Assembly: GCA_041659085.1 (NCBI GenBank)
Contig: JBAZYZ010000001.1
Span: 4,884 to 68,883 of the forward strand
From: Minisyncoccota bacterium
Lineage (GTDB): Bacteria > Patescibacteriota > Minisyncoccia > Phycocordibacterales > VMEP01
Length of the DNA: 64,000 nt
Direction: 5' to 3'
Below the pieces are notes generated by a model, which was given only the letters and a program-made list of their open reading frames with translations, was not told where the DNA came from and ran no database searches. Below, one piece after another: positions 34,039-43,392 of the stretch (positions within the stretch are counted from its first letter, which is position 1; each line of letters starts with the position of its first letter). The translations under genes were made by a program, and so were the position numbers.

Positions 34039-34145
34039 TGTTTTGTGCTAACAATATTTTCATATATACTTTTAAAATAGACGCGAGGAGCTAGAAATCA
34101 GAAGTTGGGTAATCTAACTTCCGATTTCTAACCTCTAATTTCCAA

Positions 34146-36032
34146 ATGTCAGACCAGGATAAAATCACATATATCGGGGAGACCGATTTTCGCAATAAAA
34201 AAATAAAATTTGGCATCAAGGCCAAAGATCGGACGCGCCATGTTTACATCATCGGTAAGACGGGCATGGGTAAGTCCACGCTTCTTGAAAATATGGCGGT
34301 GCAGGATATTGTGAACGGCGAAGGCATGGCTTTCATAGACCCTCACGGTGGCACAGCGGAAAAGCTTCTGGACTATATCCCCGAGAGCCGCGTCAAAGAT
34401 GTTATTTATTTTGCCCCGTTTGACGCGGATTACCCGGTTTCTTTCAATGTGATGGAAGACGTCGGCGCCGATAAGCGGCATCTGGTGGCAAACGGACTCA
34501 TGAACGCTTTCAAAAAAATCTGGGTGGATGCCTGGAGCGCCCGCATGGAATATATTTTAAACAATGTCCTCTTGGCTCTTCTTGAATACCCCGATTCCAC
34601 GATTCTAGGCGTCAACCGCATGCTCTCCGACAAGGATTACCGCAATCTGGTGGTGGCAAATGTTACCGATGCTTCGGTAAAGTCTTTCTGGGTGGATGAG
34701 TTCGCCAAATATGGCGACAAATATATGCAGGAAGCCGGCGCGGCGATTCAGAATAAAATAGGACAGTTTATCTCCAACCCGCTTATAAGAAACATAATCG
34801 GCCAGCCTAAATCTTCCTTTGATATAAGGAAGATAATGGATGAGAAAAAAATTCTCATCATGAACCTTTCCAAAGGAAGGATGGGTATTGAGAACTCTAC
34901 GCTCTTGGGCAACATGCTGGTAACCAAAATTTACCTCGGGGCAATGTCGCGCGCGGACGCGTCCGCTTCTCTGTTGCAAAAACTCCCAAATTTTTACTTC
35001 TATGTTGACGAATTTCAATCTTTTGCCAACGAATCGTTTGCCGATATTTTGTCTGAGGCGCGCAAATATAAGTTGTCGCTTACCATAGCGCACCAGTATG
35101 TGAATCAGATGCCGGAAGAGGTAAGAGACGCGGTTTTCGGCAACGTGGGTTCTATGGTTACTTTTCGCATCGGTCCGGAGGATGCCGAATTATTCGAAAA
35201 AGAATTTGCCCCTGAATTCATAGCGGATGATTTGGTTAATCTGGGGTTTTCTCAGATATATCTCCGTCTTATGATAGACGGGATAGGTTCCAAGCCGTTT
35301 TCCGCCACGACATTGCCTCCGATCGCGCAGGAGAGAGAGTCCCATAAAGACGAGGTCATAGATGGGACCAGAAAAATTTACGCGACTCCGCGAACGAAGG
35401 TTGAAGGATTCATAAACAAATGGTATGAGTCGGTTGCGCCGCCCAAAGCGCCAAGGGAAAGGAAAGATAAAGACGCCCCGGAGCAACCCGCTTCTCCGCG
35501 CGAATTCAAAAACGATGTGGCCGGATCCGGGTCAAGGCCGGCTCCGGATAAAAAACCGGTCGACCACATTATCCGGGAAGAAATTAAAGTCGGACATACG
35601 ACACCAGTTGCTCCTCGGGAAATCCCGCATGAGGCCCAAAAATGGCCCACGATGAATGATAAAGCGGGTGTGAGTAATGTCGATAGAACGCCCAAAAACA
35701 GGCCGTTTATAGCTAAAATAGAGCCCAAGCCGATAACACCTGTTTCTTTGAGTCAGCTTAAGCCTGAGGCTGTAAAAGGGCAGTCAAGGAACTCAATGGC
35801 CTTAAAGGAGGCGTTGGCTGCCGCTCTCAAAGAAAAAGTTGCCGTCCCGTTTTCATCCGAACCAAAAAAAGAAGTTCCAACAAGCAGTGTTCCCCAAAAT
35901 ATACCTGAGGCTACGGATGGCGGACTAAGACAGGAAGAAAAAAAGTGGGAAGAGATGAAAAAACATCACGATACCCCAAAAGCTCCAAAGGAAATTCCGG
36001 AAGATGTTTTGAGAAAAATATTAAACGAATAA
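34146..36032 (+). CDS. TraG/VirD4/HerA-superfamily P-loop ATPase (type IV coupling-protein-like, no N-terminal TM segment) with ~230-aa disordered K/P/E-rich C-terminal tail
   Basis: Walker A 'IIGKTGMGKSTLL'; 'AFIDPHGG'; Walker B 'FYFYVDEFQSF'; 'SLTIAHQYVNQMPEEVRDAVFGNVGSMVTFRIG' resembling T4CP motifs; low-complexity tail. Confidence 0.65.
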   Translation: MSDQDKITYIGETDFRNKKIKFGIKAKDRTRHVYIIGKTGMGKSTLLENMAVQDIVNGEGMAFIDPHGGTAEKLLDYIPESRVKDVIYFAPFDADYPVSFNVMEDVGADKRHLVANGLMNAFKKIWVDAWSARMEYILNNVLLALLEYPDSTILGVNRMLSDKDYRNLVVANVTDASVKSFWVDEFAKYGDKYMQEAGAAIQNKIGQFISNPLIRNIIGQPKSSFDIRKIMDEKKILIMNLSKGRMGIENSTLLGNMLVTKIYLGAMSRADASASLLQKLPNFYFYVDEFQSFANESFADILSEARKYKLSLTIAHQYVNQMPEEVRDAVFGNVGSMVTFRIGPEDAELFEKEFAPEFIADDLVNLGFSQIYLRLMIDGIGSKPFSATTLPPIAQERESHKDEVIDGTRKIYATPRTKVEGFINKWYESVAPPKAPRERKDKDAPEQPASPREFKNDVAGSGSRPAPDKKPVDHIIREEIKVGHTTPVAPREIPHEAQKWPTMNDKAGVSNVDRTPKNRPFIAKIEPKPITPVSLSQLKPEAVKGQSRNSMALKEALAAALKEKVAVPFSSEPKKEVPTSSVPQNIPEATDGGLRQEEKKWEEMKKHHDTPKAPKEIPEDVLRKILNE

Positions 36033-36048
36033 AAATAAGTGTTCTGTC

Positions 36049-37491
36049 GTGAACTACAGAAGCATAATAATTTTTTTATGTTTTGTTCAGTTGATTGCGC
36101 CGTCTCCGGTGCGCGCTGGTATTATATTTTCGGAAATAATGTACGACTTGGACGGTTCTGACACCGGCCGCGAGTGGGTGGAAATTTTCAACGATAGTGG
36201 CAGCAGTATTGATTTAACCGGTTGGAAGTTTAATGACGGATCCAATCACGTACTTAACATTCCGCCCAAAAATGGAAGCTCGGGTTCCATGGTGGTTCCT
36301 TCCGGCGGATACGCTGTCTTTGCGGGCGATGCCGTCGTATTTTTGAGCGAATACCGCGGATTTGCGGGAACTGTTATCGACACGGCGATGAGTCTCGGTA
36401 ACTCAAGCTCAACGCTCTCGATTATTGATTCAAACGGCTCTGTTGTTGATTCTGTTTTATACGATAAATCCGCCGGCGCGAACGGAGACGGAAACTCTTT
36501 GCAAAAAAATATAAACGGCGCGTGGGTTGCCGCCGCGCCGGTCCCTGGCGCGGGGTCGTTTGTTATTTCCGGTCAAAACGAGACAAGTTCTCCTCCCGAT
36601 AATGATATTTCTCCAGCGCCGGTATCTTCGGGGGGAGGGGATACAAGATGGTTGGTGGAGCCGCAGGTATTTGCCGACGCCGGCAAGGATAGGGCGGTTA
36701 TTGTAGGCGCTTCAGCTGTGTTTGAAGCCAAGGCATTCGGTCTCAAGAAGGAGCCGCTTGATAACGCCAGATATCTTTGGAATTTTGGCGATGGGGCTAT
36801 CGGGGAAGGAAAAATGGCCGAACACACATATCGGCACCCCGGGGATTATTTGGTTGTGGTGGAAGTTGCCTCAGGCTATTACTCGGGTGAAGACCAGCTT
36901 AAGGTGCGGGCGGAAGCTTCGCCGCTTTCGGTTTCGGCGATTACTGACGGCTCGGGTTATTTTGTGGAACTTTCCAATCCCTCAAACACCGACATCAACA
37001 TTTCGCACTGGGGGCTCGCGCTCGCGGATAAAGTTTTTGCCATCCCCAAGAACACTTTCGTGATGGCGGGCAAAAAACTTATTTTCCCGAATGAAGTAAC
37101 CGGACTTTTGGTCGGGGCGGGAAGCGCGCCGGAGCTTCGTTATCCGAATGGGACTTTGGCAAGCAGGTTTGGCGAAGTAAAAAATAAATCGGCTGAGGTG
37201 GCTGTTCAAATGACGCCAAAATCGGAGCAGCAGGGGATTTCCAATAGAGATATGCCGGCGGATAATGGAGTGAGAATTGCTCAGGCGGAAGAAAACGATT
37301 CAGGGAAGGAGAACATGGCCGCCGTATCAGAGAGTTTGCCGAAAAAATCTTCAACAAAATACATTTGGCTTTTCGGGGTAGTTGGTATTTCCGCCCTGGC
37401 TCTCTCGGGGGTGTTTTTGGCGCGCAGGCTTGAACAACCGAATGACAGGCTTAAAAAACTCGCGGATGAAATAGAAATTATTGAAGAATAG
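36049..37491 (+). CDS. cell-surface protein: signal peptide - lamin tail domain - PKD domain - second LTD - C-terminal TM anchor
   Basis: GTG start 16 nt after the upstream stop; 'GIIFSEIMYD...GREWVEIFNDSGSSIDLTGWKF' LTD; 'YLWNFGDGAIGEGKMAEHTYRHPGDYLVVVEV' PKD; 'GYFVELSNPSNTDINISHWGLA' second LTD; C-terminal 'IWLFGVVGISALALSGVFLA'. Confidence 0.75.
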   Translation: MNYRSIIIFLCFVQLIAPSPVRAGIIFSEIMYDLDGSDTGREWVEIFNDSGSSIDLTGWKFNDGSNHVLNIPPKNGSSGSMVVPSGGYAVFAGDAVVFLSEYRGFAGTVIDTAMSLGNSSSTLSIIDSNGSVVDSVLYDKSAGANGDGNSLQKNINGAWVAAAPVPGAGSFVISGQNETSSPPDNDISPAPVSSGGGDTRWLVEPQVFADAGKDRAVIVGASAVFEAKAFGLKKEPLDNARYLWNFGDGAIGEGKMAEHTYRHPGDYLVVVEVASGYYSGEDQLKVRAEASPLSVSAITDGSGYFVELSNPSNTDINISHWGLALADKVFAIPKNTFVMAGKKLIFPNEVTGLLVGAGSAPELRYPNGTLASRFGEVKNKSAEVAVQMTPKSEQQGISNRDMPADNGVRIAQAEENDSGKENMAAVSESLPKKSSTKYIWLFGVVGISALALSGVFLARRLEQPNDRLKKLADEIEIIEE

Positions 37492-37517
37492 CCCCGGTAG
37501 TACCTGCCTGCCGACAA

Positions 37518-37591
37518 GTAGGTAGGGAATTTGGCAAAGCAGGCCGTAGTCACGGCCTGCGCATTACTCAATTGCCAAATTCACCACAGGG
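37518..37591. repeat. intergenic palindromic repeat element, copy E
   Basis: ggtagggaatttggcaaagc-aggccgtagtcacggcct-...caattgccaaattcaccacaggg. Confidence 0.5.
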
Positions 37592-37635
37592 TTCGGTTGG
37601 AAAAGAAGGAATTTTAGTATATTGTCATCTTGTAT

Positions 37636-38484
37636 ATGGGAAATACAAAAGGAAAAGTTTGCTTGATTACCGGCGCCACTTCGGGTATTGGCAAAGAGGC
37701 GGCTATCGCTTTGGCCAGGTCCGGCATGAGGGTGGTTTTTACCGCGCGCGCTGAAAGCCCCGGCGAATCAACCAGAAAAGAAATAAAAGAAAAGACCGGC
37801 GCGGATGCGGATTATTTATTGTGCGATTTATCGTCTTTGGATGAAGTAAGAAAACTCACGGAAGAGTTTCAGAAAAAATATAACCGTCTTGATGTCCTGA
37901 TTAACAATGCCGGAGTGGGTGAGACAGAGCTTAAATTTTCCAAAGATAATATTGAAATGGATATGGCGGTGAATTATTTCGCGCCGTTCCTTCTTACCGG
38001 GCTGCTTCTGCCGGCGCTTAAAAAAAGCGCCCCATCACGCATCATTAACGTTTCTTCCATGATGCACGCGGAGGGTCATATTGATTTTGATAATTTGACC
38101 GAGGGTAAAAATTTTGAACGGTACGACACATATGCTCAATCCAAACTTGCCCTTCTATTATTTACACGCAAACTCGCGGCTGATTTGAAGGGGACAGACG
38201 TTACGGTCAATGCCATGCACCCGGGAATAATAAACACGAAGATTACGAAGGAGTTAATGAATGAAACCAACTTTATCGTTAAATCTTTTTTCCGTTTAAA
38301 AATGATAAGCGAAGAAAAAGCCGGAGATGGTATCGCGTATCTGGCGACTAACCCTAACGTTGAGGGGATGACTGGGGAGTATTTTGACAGGACGACAAGA
38401 AAGCGTTCGTCTGATGAATCTTATGACATGGAGATTGCAGAGAGGCTTTGGGCTGAAACGGAGCGTATTTTGAGACATTATTGA
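37636..38484 (+). CDS. short-chain dehydrogenase/reductase (SDR) family oxidoreductase
   Basis: 'KVCLITGATSGIGKEAA' TGxxxGxG motif; 'NNAG'; catalytic Y-x3-K region 'YAQSK'. Confidence 0.8.
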   Translation: MGNTKGKVCLITGATSGIGKEAAIALARSGMRVVFTARAESPGESTRKEIKEKTGADADYLLCDLSSLDEVRKLTEEFQKKYNRLDVLINNAGVGETELKFSKDNIEMDMAVNYFAPFLLTGLLLPALKKSAPSRIINVSSMMHAEGHIDFDNLTEGKNFERYDTYAQSKLALLLFTRKLAADLKGTDVTVNAMHPGIINTKITKELMNETNFIVKSFFRLKMISEEKAGDGIAYLATNPNVEGMTGEYFDRTTRKRSSDESYDMEIAERLWAETERILRHY

Positions 38485-38555
38485 CTTTTATTTTAGGAAA
38501 AACTATCTTAATTACGGAAACACCCCGTCAACCAGGATTAAAGAGGTAGCCAGAT

Positions 38556-38780
38556 ATGACAGTCGCCATCATTGATTTGCCGGATGGAGTTACCAAGATT
38601 TTGCACAGGGACAGCCACCGCATCGTCCTTCAGTTCCAGACCGCTAAAGACCTGGACGATTTCAACAGGGGGCTAAACGAAGCTCAGAAGTCTGAAGAGC
38701 AGCGCTATCAGGAAAGCCTGGAGAGAAACCCGGAGTTGGTCGGGCTAGGAGATTCCCCGGAGCCTTCCCGCGCGGAATAG
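38556..38780 (+). CDS. hypothetical small acidic protein
   Basis: 74-aa ORF; agagg 7 nt upstream; followed by a terminator. Confidence 0.4.
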   Translation: MTVAIIDLPDGVTKILHRDSHRIVLQFQTAKDLDDFNRGLNEAQKSEEQRYQESLERNPELVGLGDSPEPSRAE

Positions 38781-38793
38781 CGCGTATGCGGCA

Positions 38794-38821
38794 AAAAGCC
38801 GGGTCTGACCCGGTTTTTTTA
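38794..38821 (+). terminator. rho-independent terminator
   Basis: aaaaagccgggtctgacccggttttttt. Confidence 0.7.
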
Positions 38822-38858
38822 TTGGTCAACAAAGCTGTTTTTTGTTAGAGTATGGGGT

Positions 38859-39911
38859 ATGAAAAAAGTCCTTATTTTAGGCATAAACGGCTTCATTGGG
38901 CACCATCTTTCAAAGCGCATTTTGGACACCACCGATTGGGAAGTTTACGGCATGGATATGCAAAGCGACCGGGTGTCGGAATTTTCTTCAAATCCAAGGT
39001 TCCATTTTTTTGAGGGTGATATTCTCGTAAACAAAGAGTGGATTGAGTACCACATAATCAAATGCGATGTTGTTTTGCCTCTTGTGGCCATCGCCACCCC
39101 CATGAGTTACGTGAAGTCTCCGCTAAAGACGTTTGAGCTTGATTTTGAGGCAAACTTGCCTATTGTACGCGCAGCAGTCAAATACAAGAAACGCCTGATT
39201 TTTCCGTCCACTTCCGAAGTGTACGGCATGAGCGATGACGCGGAATTTCATCCTTACGAATCAAATCTTGTATTGGGTCCGATAGATAAGCAGCGCTGGA
39301 TATATTCCTGTTCCAAACAAATGCTCGACCGCGTTATCTGGGCATATGGGCAGGAGCAGGGGTTTGATTTTACCTTGTTCCGTCCGTTCAACTGGATTGG
39401 AACCGGACTGGACCGGCTTTCCGCCAACAAGGAAGGCAACTCGCGCGTTATTACCCAATTTTTGGGAAACATTGTCCGCGGTCAGAGTATCCACCTGGTT
39501 GACGGCGGTTTGCAGAAGAGAGCTTTTACTTACATTGATGACGGTATTGACGCGCTTATGAAGATTATAGAGAACAAGGACAGCATCGCGACCGGCAAGA
39601 TTTACAACATTGGACACCCCGGCAACAACTGGTCCATAAAAGAACTTGCGGAGAAGATGATTGCTTTAGCGAATGAATATCCGGAATATCAAAAATATGC
39701 ACATGAGGCAAAAATTACAGACACTACCGCCGAAGGATATTACGGTAAGGGTTACCAAGATGTAAAAAATCGCGTGCCTTTTATCGAAAATACCAAGGGT
39801 GAACTTGGATGGGAGCCGAAGGTCGGGATGGAAGATGCCCTGCGCATGATTTTTGACGGTTATCGCAATCAAGTAGAGGAAGCGAGAGGGCTTGCTGATC
39901 TCGGTGTTTAA
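38859..39911 (+). CDS. UDP-glucuronic acid oxidative decarboxylase, ArnA C-terminal (dehydrogenase) domain homologue (forms UDP-4-keto-pentose)
   Basis: long colinear similarity to the E. coli ArnA decarboxylase domain recalled from memory: 'VLILGINGFIGHHL', 'HFFEGDI', 'EWIEYHIIKCDVVLPLVAIATP', 'FELDFEANL', 'FPSTSEVYGM', 'RWIYSCSKQMLDRVIWAYG', 'FTLFRPFNWIG'. Confidence 0.85.
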   Translation: MKKVLILGINGFIGHHLSKRILDTTDWEVYGMDMQSDRVSEFSSNPRFHFFEGDILVNKEWIEYHIIKCDVVLPLVAIATPMSYVKSPLKTFELDFEANLPIVRAAVKYKKRLIFPSTSEVYGMSDDAEFHPYESNLVLGPIDKQRWIYSCSKQMLDRVIWAYGQEQGFDFTLFRPFNWIGTGLDRLSANKEGNSRVITQFLGNIVRGQSIHLVDGGLQKRAFTYIDDGIDALMKIIENKDSIATGKIYNIGHPGNNWSIKELAEKMIALANEYPEYQKYAHEAKITDTTAEGYYGKGYQDVKNRVPFIENTKGELGWEPKVGMEDALRMIFDGYRNQVEEARGLADLGV

Positions 39912-39932
39912 TTTTTTCACCTCTTAATATTT

Positions 39933-41132
39933 ATGGCACAGCCAAAACGCATACTATTTTTTTCTTTGACCTACTATCCTTTTATTGGCGGAGCGGAGGT
40001 GGCCATAAAAGAAGTTACGGACCGTATCCCGGAAGAGAAATACAGTTTTGACATGATTACGCTCCGTTTTAACAGCGATCTGCCCCGGTTTGAGAGGTTT
40101 GGTAGCATAGATATTTTTCGTATTGGTTTCGGACAAAAAGGCGCCAAGATACAGGATTTCAATAAATTCCCGTTGTTTATAATGAAATATTTGTATCCGT
40201 TCTGGGCTTTGGCGGCAGCCGTTGTCCTCCATAGGCGAAAACCGTATGATGCCATTGCGACGGTCATGACTAGCTATGCTTCTTTTGCGGCGCTTTTCTT
40301 TAAGTTTTTATTCCCGGGAGTTCCTTATATTGTGCGTCTGGACGACGGCGACCCGTTTGAACATTATCGCAAGAAAGCAAGAATCACAGGCCCTCTTTTT
40401 GGGAAACTTTTTACCAAAGCGGATTTTGCGGTTACCGCCTCGACGTATCTTTCAAAAATGGCCAGGGAAATGGGATATAAAAAAGAAATCGCCATTGTGC
40501 CCAACGGAGTAAACGCCGAGCTTTTTTCAAAAGAGTATTCTGCGGAAGAACTTAATAAGCTTAAGAAAAAGCTCGGCAAAAAAGATGACGATTTTTATCT
40601 TATAACCACGTCGCGATTGGTCAAGAAGAATGCCTCTGATGACGTTATCAGGGCAATGCCGCTCTTGCCTCAAAATGTTAAATTTTTGATACTTGGCGTT
40701 GGTCCGGACGAAGGAATACTACATGAGCTTGCCGGTAACTTAAACGTGTCTGACCGGGTTATATTCCTTGGACAGATAGGGCGCGATGAAATCCCTAAAT
40801 ACTTGAAGATATCGGATATTTTCATTCGCCCTTCTCTTTCGGAGGGATTCGGCATTTCATTCGTTGAAGCGATGATTGCGGGGTTGCCTGTCATCGCGAC
40901 TTCGGTCGGCGGTATCACCGATTTTTTGGTTGATAAAGAAACTGGATTATTTTGCGAAGTCCGGAGTCCGGCGAGCATAGCGGAAAAAGTTAAGTTAATT
41001 ATTTCCAGTCCGGATTTAAGAGAACACATCGTGAAGACTGGCGCGCGCATGGCCCGCGAGCGGTATGATTGGAATTTGGTAGCCAAAATGATGAAAGAAA
41101 GTGTTTTTGACAGGGTGTTTAATGAAGAATAA
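39933..41132 (+). CDS. glycosyltransferase family 4
   Basis: 'RPSLSEGFGISFVEAMIAGLPVIATSVGGITDFLVDKETGLF' GT4 C-terminal motif. Confidence 0.8.
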   Translation: MAQPKRILFFSLTYYPFIGGAEVAIKEVTDRIPEEKYSFDMITLRFNSDLPRFERFGSIDIFRIGFGQKGAKIQDFNKFPLFIMKYLYPFWALAAAVVLHRRKPYDAIATVMTSYASFAALFFKFLFPGVPYIVRLDDGDPFEHYRKKARITGPLFGKLFTKADFAVTASTYLSKMAREMGYKKEIAIVPNGVNAELFSKEYSAEELNKLKKKLGKKDDDFYLITTSRLVKKNASDDVIRAMPLLPQNVKFLILGVGPDEGILHELAGNLNVSDRVIFLGQIGRDEIPKYLKISDIFIRPSLSEGFGISFVEAMIAGLPVIATSVGGITDFLVDKETGLFCEVRSPASIAEKVKLIISSPDLREHIVKTGARMARERYDWNLVAKMMKESVFDRVFNEE

Positions 41133-41135
41133 AAC

Positions 41136-42239
41136 ATGAAAATCCTAATCGCGACCGGCATATATCCGCCGTCAATCGGTGGGCCGGCGACATATTCCAA
41201 GATACTTTTTGACGAGCTGCCGAAGCGGGGGATTGGCGCTGCGGTGTTTTCTTTTGACGAAGTCAGGCATTTGCCGAAAGTAATCAGCCATATCGCTTAT
41301 TTTTTCAAAGTTCTGGCGCACGGAGTTTCGTGCGACATTATTTATGCTCAGGATCCAATCTCTGTCGGTTTGCCGGCGCTTTTCGCCGCAAAAATTTTGA
41401 GAAAAAGGTTTTTCCTGAAAGTGGTCGGCGATTATGCCTGGGAACAGGGCGCCCAGCGCTTCGGGGTCACCGATTTGTTGGACGAGTTTTCAAAAGAGCC
41501 GTTATCGGGCTATTCCGCCCCGGTGCGGTTTTTACGCAAGGCGGAATCTTTTGTGGCCCGTAGAGCCGAGAGGGTGATAGTGCCGAGCAGATACTTGAAA
41601 AAAATTGTTACTAGGTGGGGGGTCCCGGAAGAAAGAATTTGTGTAATTTATAATGCCCTTGAGGGGGTTGCCGAGCCGGGCAATGAAGAGCATCCGAAGA
41701 TTCTTTTGAGCGGGAAATCGGTTGTTTCTGCCGGCAGACTGGTTCCGTGGAAAGGATTCCTGTCTTTGGTTGAGACGATGATTGAACTCACGAAAAAATT
41801 TCCTGATCTGAAACTCTATATCATCGGTGACGGTCCGGAACGCGAGACGATAGAGAGGAGAATAAAGCAACTGGAACTTGGCCGAAACGTTCATTTGGTC
41901 GGCGGCGTTCCGCAGAAAATGCTTTTTGAATACATAAGAGCGGGGAGTATTTTCGCTCTCAATACCGGCTACGAGGGATTTTCACACCAGCTTTTGGAGG
42001 TTATGGCGCTTGGAGTGCCGCTTGTGACAACGAACGTCGGCGGCAATCCGGAGATTGTAAGAGAAGGGGAGAATGGTCTCTTGGTTCCGTACGACGACAA
42101 GCGCGCGCTTGCCCAAGCTATTGAAAAAATGCTTCGCGACGAAGATTTTGCCGCGAAATGCGCCGCTTCGGGCAAGAGTACCGCCGCTTTGTTCACAAAG
42201 GAGAGAATGGTAGGCGATTTGGTCAAAATACTTGCATGA
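41136..42239 (+). CDS. glycosyltransferase family 4
   Basis: 'GYEGFSHQLLEVMALGVPLVTTNVGGNPEIVREGENGLLV'. Confidence 0.8.
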   Translation: MKILIATGIYPPSIGGPATYSKILFDELPKRGIGAAVFSFDEVRHLPKVISHIAYFFKVLAHGVSCDIIYAQDPISVGLPALFAAKILRKRFFLKVVGDYAWEQGAQRFGVTDLLDEFSKEPLSGYSAPVRFLRKAESFVARRAERVIVPSRYLKKIVTRWGVPEERICVIYNALEGVAEPGNEEHPKILLSGKSVVSAGRLVPWKGFLSLVETMIELTKKFPDLKLYIIGDGPERETIERRIKQLELGRNVHLVGGVPQKMLFEYIRAGSIFALNTGYEGFSHQLLEVMALGVPLVTTNVGGNPEIVREGENGLLVPYDDKRALAQAIEKMLRDEDFAAKCAASGKSTAALFTKERMVGDLVKILA

Positions 42240-43348
42240 AAGTTTTAATGATTTCAACCGACAGGAAAATATTGGAAGAAGGAAGCGCTGTTCGGGCGCG
42301 TATGGTTTTATATGGGACGATTTGTGATGAACTTCATATAATTCTGGCTTCTGTCGGCGGTAGAAAAGAGACAGCATCAATCTCCGGAAATGTTTTTGTG
42401 CATCCTACGGCCTCTCTATGCGCCGCGTTTTCCAGACTGTCTTTATTTTTGTCATCAAACCTTATTTCTGCGGATCTGGTTACCGCGCAGGATCCTTTTG
42501 AGACCGGTTTTGCCGCTTGGTACATGTCAAAAAGGGTTGGTGCCAGGCTCGAGATTCAAATCCATACCGATTTTTTGAGCCCGTATTTTGGGCGGGGATC
42601 ATTTATAAATAAAATCCGCGTTTTAATCGCAGGAATTGTTTTGCCCAGAGCTGACGGAATTCGTGTCGTATCTGAACGTATCGCGAATTCACTCGGTACT
42701 TTGCGCTTGTTACCGGGCGCCAATATTACGGTTCTCCCCATTTACGTTGATATTGAAAAAATCAGGAATTCCCAAGTGATTTCCGATTTGCGCAAAAAAT
42801 ACCCGCAGTTTGATTTTATGATACTGATGACCTCACGCCTCACGAAAGAAAAAAACATTAGTCTGGCCATTGAGGCAATGCGCGAGATCATAAATAGGCA
42901 TCCCAAGGCCGGGCTTGTTATAGTCGGTTCAGGCCCTGAAGAAGTGGAACTTAAGCTGCTTGCTAAAAAATACAATCTGCAACCCAGTATTGTTTTTGAG
43001 TCATGGTCTGATGATGTCATCTCATATATGAAAACCGCGGACTGTTTTCTGTTAACTTCAAATTATGAAGGGTTCGGGCTCTCTCTTGTTGAAGCAGCCG
43101 CATCCGATTGCCCCATTATTTCAACGGAGGTGGGTATCATTGGCGAGCTTTTGCGTCCCGAGGAGGATATCTTGGCTTGCCCGGTTGGCGACGCCGGCTG
43201 TATCTTGGACAGGTTGGAACGCCTTATGAATTCTCCCGGTCTCGCCCACCAACTTTCTTTAAAAGCCCAATCTTCGTTTAAGCCACTTATAATGAGCAAG
43301 GAGGATTATTTAAAGAAGTTACGCACGGCTTGGGAAAAGTGTTTTTAG
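42236..43348 (+). CDS. glycosyltransferase family 4
   Basis: ATGA overlap with the upstream stop; 'SNYEGFGLSLVEAAASDCPIISTEVGIIGELL'. Confidence 0.75.
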   Translation: MKVLMISTDRKILEEGSAVRARMVLYGTICDELHIILASVGGRKETASISGNVFVHPTASLCAAFSRLSLFLSSNLISADLVTAQDPFETGFAAWYMSKRVGARLEIQIHTDFLSPYFGRGSFINKIRVLIAGIVLPRADGIRVVSERIANSLGTLRLLPGANITVLPIYVDIEKIRNSQVISDLRKKYPQFDFMILMTSRLTKEKNISLAIEAMREIINRHPKAGLVIVGSGPEEVELKLLAKKYNLQPSIVFESWSDDVISYMKTADCFLLTSNYEGFGLSLVEAAASDCPIISTEVGIIGELLRPEEDILACPVGDAGCILDRLERLMNSPGLAHQLSLKAQSSFKPLIMSKEDYLKKLRTAWEKCF

Positions 43349-43392
43349 TTTGTTATACTACCCGGGCTTATAAGGGTTTGTTTAGATGCTAT

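Noticed and set aside
33551-34063. Overlapping ORFs in several frames (33551-34000 plus, 33564-33935 minus, 33689-34063 minus)
   Set aside because: They are artefacts of the high GC content (few stop codons). Only 33585-33986, with an SD, signal peptide and terminator, is supported.
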